This document shows, piece by piece, positions 49,485 through 49,602 of a stretch of 49,602 nucleotides of DNA; position 1 is the stretch's first letter, and each line of letters starts with the position of its first letter. Under the pieces are notes generated by a model, which was not told where the DNA came from, did not search any database, and saw nothing but the letters and a program-made list of their open reading frames with translations. This stretch comes from Spirogloea muscicola (Eukaryota). The DNA is taken from positions 840,809-890,410 of the forward strand of contig WELB01000030.1 in NCBI GenBank assembly GCA_009602725.1, read 5' to 3'. A program made the position numbers and the translations under genes.

Positions 49485-49602
49485 GGCGCCCTCGCGGTGC
49501 GCGCCGGAAGCAAGAGCAGGAGCTTGGCCCGGCGGCGCCAGGCGAGGAGCTGTCAGGTGCCGACCGCCCGCGGCGCGGCAGCGGCGGCGGCGGCGCCGTC
49601 GC

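Overview
This is GC-rich, intron-rich eukaryotic nuclear DNA. The proteins are plant-like, introns are short (~100-400 nt) and TTTAGGG-type motifs occur, which best fits a streptophyte alga (inference; the organism cannot be proven from the sequence). Most ORFs in the supplied track are spurious, so genes were rebuilt by hand from splice sites and conserved motifs. In order they are: an ARGOS/OSR-like small membrane protein (5'-truncated, missed by the ORF track); mitochondrial KAS; a trihelix (Myb/SANT-like) factor; peroxisomal AGT1/SGAT; organellar TsaD/GCP1; UFM1; a membrane-anchored Shewanella-like phosphatase; a CRE/R2-type non-LTR retroelement fragment (Zn-knuckle + RLE); a DUF1279/FAM210 gene; Pol I subunit RPA49; ArgC; a CLC-e-like channel with a 1-nt frameshift; a stand-alone STICHEL/DnaX C-terminal-like gene; a small PDCD4-N-terminus-like protein; and an ankyrin+RCC1 (IBTK-like) gene. 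Three N-gaps and two single-N gaps hide some 5' ends. The most striking non-coding signal is a family of modular repeats found only in 5'/intergenic flanks. It comprises a ~55-70 bp core (11 copies, both orientations), a 41-bp exact repeat, a ~21-bp motif and GGGCTG..CAGCCC palindromes. No rRNA, tRNA or CRISPR array was recognised.
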